From Macrostomum hystrix (taxonomy: Eukaryota; Animalia; Platyhelminthes): 64,000 bases of DNA. The number at the start of each line of letters is the position of its first letter. Position 1 is the stretch's first letter. Made by a program: the position numbers and the translations under genes. Below are positions 61,128 to 64,000 of this stretch, piece by piece. The notes below the pieces were generated by a model. It worked only from the letters and a program-made list of their open reading frames with translations. It made no database searches and was not told where the DNA came from. The stretch lies in the NCBI GenBank assembly GCA_950097015.1, contig CATNEN010000008.1, positions 1,922,001 to 1,986,000 of the forward strand, in the 5' to 3' direction.

Positions 61128-64000
61128 CTAGATCCTCTGCAGAGCTAACCAATGGCAAATGAAAGAGTGAGGATACTTGAATAACAAAATTAATCTCGAT
61201 GAATTCGACAAGCTTGTCACAGGCCTCTGCAGAAAAGCAACAACCGTCTGGCGAAACGATGATGCACTCAAAAGCAAAGGCGTCGCGATACAGATCGGCA
61301 CATTGCGGAAGTGCTTTCAGTTGCAACTCGTCTAGAGTGCCTTCCTCCTCATTGCCGTAGTCGATAAACAGCACTCGCACAGAATCAGAATAAACAGCCT
61401 TCACTTCAGCTCGGTACCAGCCGCCTTCGAACAATCCGATGCAAAACTGTCCGACCATCGGCTCGATCAGCAAGTCGGCTGATGTAGCCACAGCATCAAT
61501 TTGACTTTGCAAGCCATTGAGGGCATCTAGGTCACTGCACGACTGGATCCACAAGTGTAGCCTAGAGTTGTCATCAGCCATAGGCAGTGCAATGCTCACA
61601 ACTCCCGATACGGTATTGCCGGGTTTACACTTCTGAATCGTTGGAATCTTTGATTTGTTGGCTTCTGATTCATCAATGGTTTCAACTAGCGTAGCTGTGG
61701 AGTCTACAATGCTTACGGCGGAAGTCGTTATTGATTCTAAAACACTCATTTCGGCCGAAACAGTTGGCAAATCACAAGGCGTAGAAAACTCAATGATGAA
61801 GTCAATCTCTCCGAGTTCGACAAGCTTGTCACAGGCCTCTGCAGAAAAGCAACAACCGTCTGGCGAAACGATGATGCACTCAAAAGCAAAGGCGTCGCGA
61901 TACAGATCGGCACATTGCGGAAGTGCTTTCAGTTGCAACTCGTCTAGAGTGCCTTCCTCCTCATTGCCGTAGTCGATAAACAGCACTCGCACAGAATCAG
62001 AATAAACAGCCTTCACTTCAGCTCGGTACCAGCCGCCTTCGAACAATCCGATGCAAAACTGTCCGACCATCGGCTCGATCAGCAAGTCGGCTGATGTAGC
62101 CACAGCATCAATTTGACTTTGCAAGCTATTGAGCGCATCTAGGTCACTGCACGACTGGATCCACAAGTGTAGCCTAGAGTTGTCATCAGCCATAGGCAGT
62201 GCAATGCTCACAACTCCCGATATGGTATTGCCGGGTTTACACTTCTGAATCGTTGGAATCTTTGATTTGTTGGCTTCTGATTCATCAATGGTTTCAACTA
62301 GCGTAGCTGTGGAGTCTACAATGCTTACGGCGGAAGTCGTTATTGATTCTAAAACACTCATTTCGGCCGAAACAGTTGGCAAATCACAAGGCGTAGAAAA
62401 CTCAATGATGAAGTCAATCTCTCCGAGTTCGACAAGCTTGTCACAGGCCTCTGCAGAAAAGCAACAACCGTCTGGCGAAACGATGATGCACTCAAAAGCA
62501 AAGGCGTCGCGATACAGATCGGCACATTGCGGAAGTGCTTTCAGTTGCAACTCGTCTAGAGTGCCTTCCTCCTCATTGCCGTAGTCGATAAACAGCACTC
62601 GCACAGAATCAGAATAAACAGCCTTCACTTCAGCTCGGTACCAGCCGCCTTCGAACAATCCGATGCAAAACTGTCCGACCATCGGCTCGATCAGCAAGTC
62701 GGCTGATGTAGCCACAGCATCAATTTGACTTTGCAAGCCATTGAGGGCATCTAGGTCACTGCACGACTGGATCCACAAGTGTAGCCTAGAGTTGTCATCA
62801 GCCATAGGCAGTGCAATGCTCACAACTCCCGATACGGTATTGCCGGGTTTACACTTCTGAATCGTTGGAATCTTTGATTTGTTGGCTTCTGATTCATCAA
62901 TGGTTTCAACTAGCGTAGCTGTGGAGTCTACAATGCTTACGGCGGAAGTCGTTATTGATTCTAAAACACTCATTTCGGCCGAAACAGTTGGCAAATCACA
63001 AGGCGTAGAAAACTCAATGATGAAGTCAATCTCTCCGAGTTCGACAAGCTTGTCACAGGCCTCTGCAGAAAAGCAACAACCGTCTGGCGAAACGATGATG
63101 CACTCAAAAGCAAAGGCGTCGCGATACAGATCGGCACATTGCGGAAGTGCTTTCAGTTGCAACTCGTCTAGAGTGCCTTCCTCCTCATTGCCGTAGTCGA
63201 TAAACAGCACTCGCACAGAATCAGAATAAACAGCCTTCACTTCAGCTCGGTACCAGCCGCCTTCGAACAATCCGATGCAAAACTGTCCGACCATCGGCTC
63301 GATCAGCAAGTCGGCTGATGTAGCCACAGCATCAATTTGACTTTGCAAGCTATTGAGCGCATCTAGGTCACTGCACGACTGGATCCACAAGTGTAGCCTA
63401 GAGTTGTCATCAGCCATAGGCAGTGCAATGCTCACAACTCCCGATATGGTATTGCCGGGTTTACACTTCTGAATCGTTGGAATCTTTGATTTGTTGGCTT
63501 CTGATTCATCAATGGTTTCAACTAGCGTAGCTGTGGAGTCTACAATGCTTACGGCGGAAGTCGTTATTGATTCTAAAACACTCATTTCGGCCGAAACAGT
63601 TGGCAAATCACAAGGCGTAGAAAACTCAATGATGAAGTCAATCTCTCCGAGTTCGACAAGCTTGTCACAGGCCTCTGCAGAAAAGCAACAACCGTCTGGC
63701 GAAACGATGATGCACTCAAAAGCAAAGGCGTCGCGATACAGATCGGCACATTGCGGAAGTGCTTTCAGTTGCAACTCGTCTAGAGTGCCTTCCTCCTCAT
63801 TGCCGTAGTCGATAAACAGCACTCGCACAGAATCAGAATAAACAGCCTTCACTTCAGCTCGGTACCAGCCGCCTTCGAACAATCCGATGCAAAACTGTCC
63901 GACCATCGGCTCGATCAGCAAGTCGGCTGATGTAGCCACAGCATCAATTTGACTTTGCAAGCTATTGAGCGCATCTAGGTCACTGCACGACTGGATCCAC
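61128..64000 (-). CDS. Multi-Tudor-domain protein, upstream exon of near-identical 204-aa extended Tudor units (5' partial)
   Basis: The frame is open to the window edge. The period is 612 bp, with five FEGGWYRAEV...LFIDYGNEE domains. A phase-1 donor G|GTATGT follows 61128. Confidence 0.9.

Noticed and set aside
61655-63808. Four identical 105-aa plus-strand ORFs, and plus ORFs at 57-58.7 kb
   Set aside because: Antisense shadows of the Tudor CDS.

Overview
Eukaryotic (metazoan) genomic DNA with spliced genes and minisatellite-filled introns. The style resembles a free-living flatworm such as Macrostomum, but this is inference only. Genes: (1) an INSM1/nerfin-type zinc-finger factor on the minus strand that runs off the left edge and is missing from the ORF track; (2) an unidentified multi-exon membrane protein (minus, ~10.7-15.2 kb); (3) a phase-consistent 8-exon NETO-type gene (signal peptide-CUB-CUB-LDLa-TM-long tail, 752 aa, minus, 34130-17021); (4) two tandem G-protein gamma genes with intronless CDSs (plus); (5) a very large multi-Tudor protein (minus, >=10 Tudor domains, off the right edge) whose 5' part is a near-identical 612-bp coding repeat. 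Mobile elements: a dead RTE-type LINE fragment, an RNase H-bearing LINE fragment, three tRNA-derived SINE heads, a hAT MITE with an 8-bp TSD and a second small MITE. About 24 kb (hand estimate) of the first 51 kb is ~25 distinct tandem arrays. Most long ORFs in the track are artefacts of these arrays. The most striking element is at 37854-37962 (minus). It is a tRNA-Ser-like Pol III unit (A box, B box, T6 terminator) with an intact minimal type I hammerhead ribozyme where the variable arm would be. It is bracketed by an 18-bp inverted repeat and an ~80-bp direct duplication.
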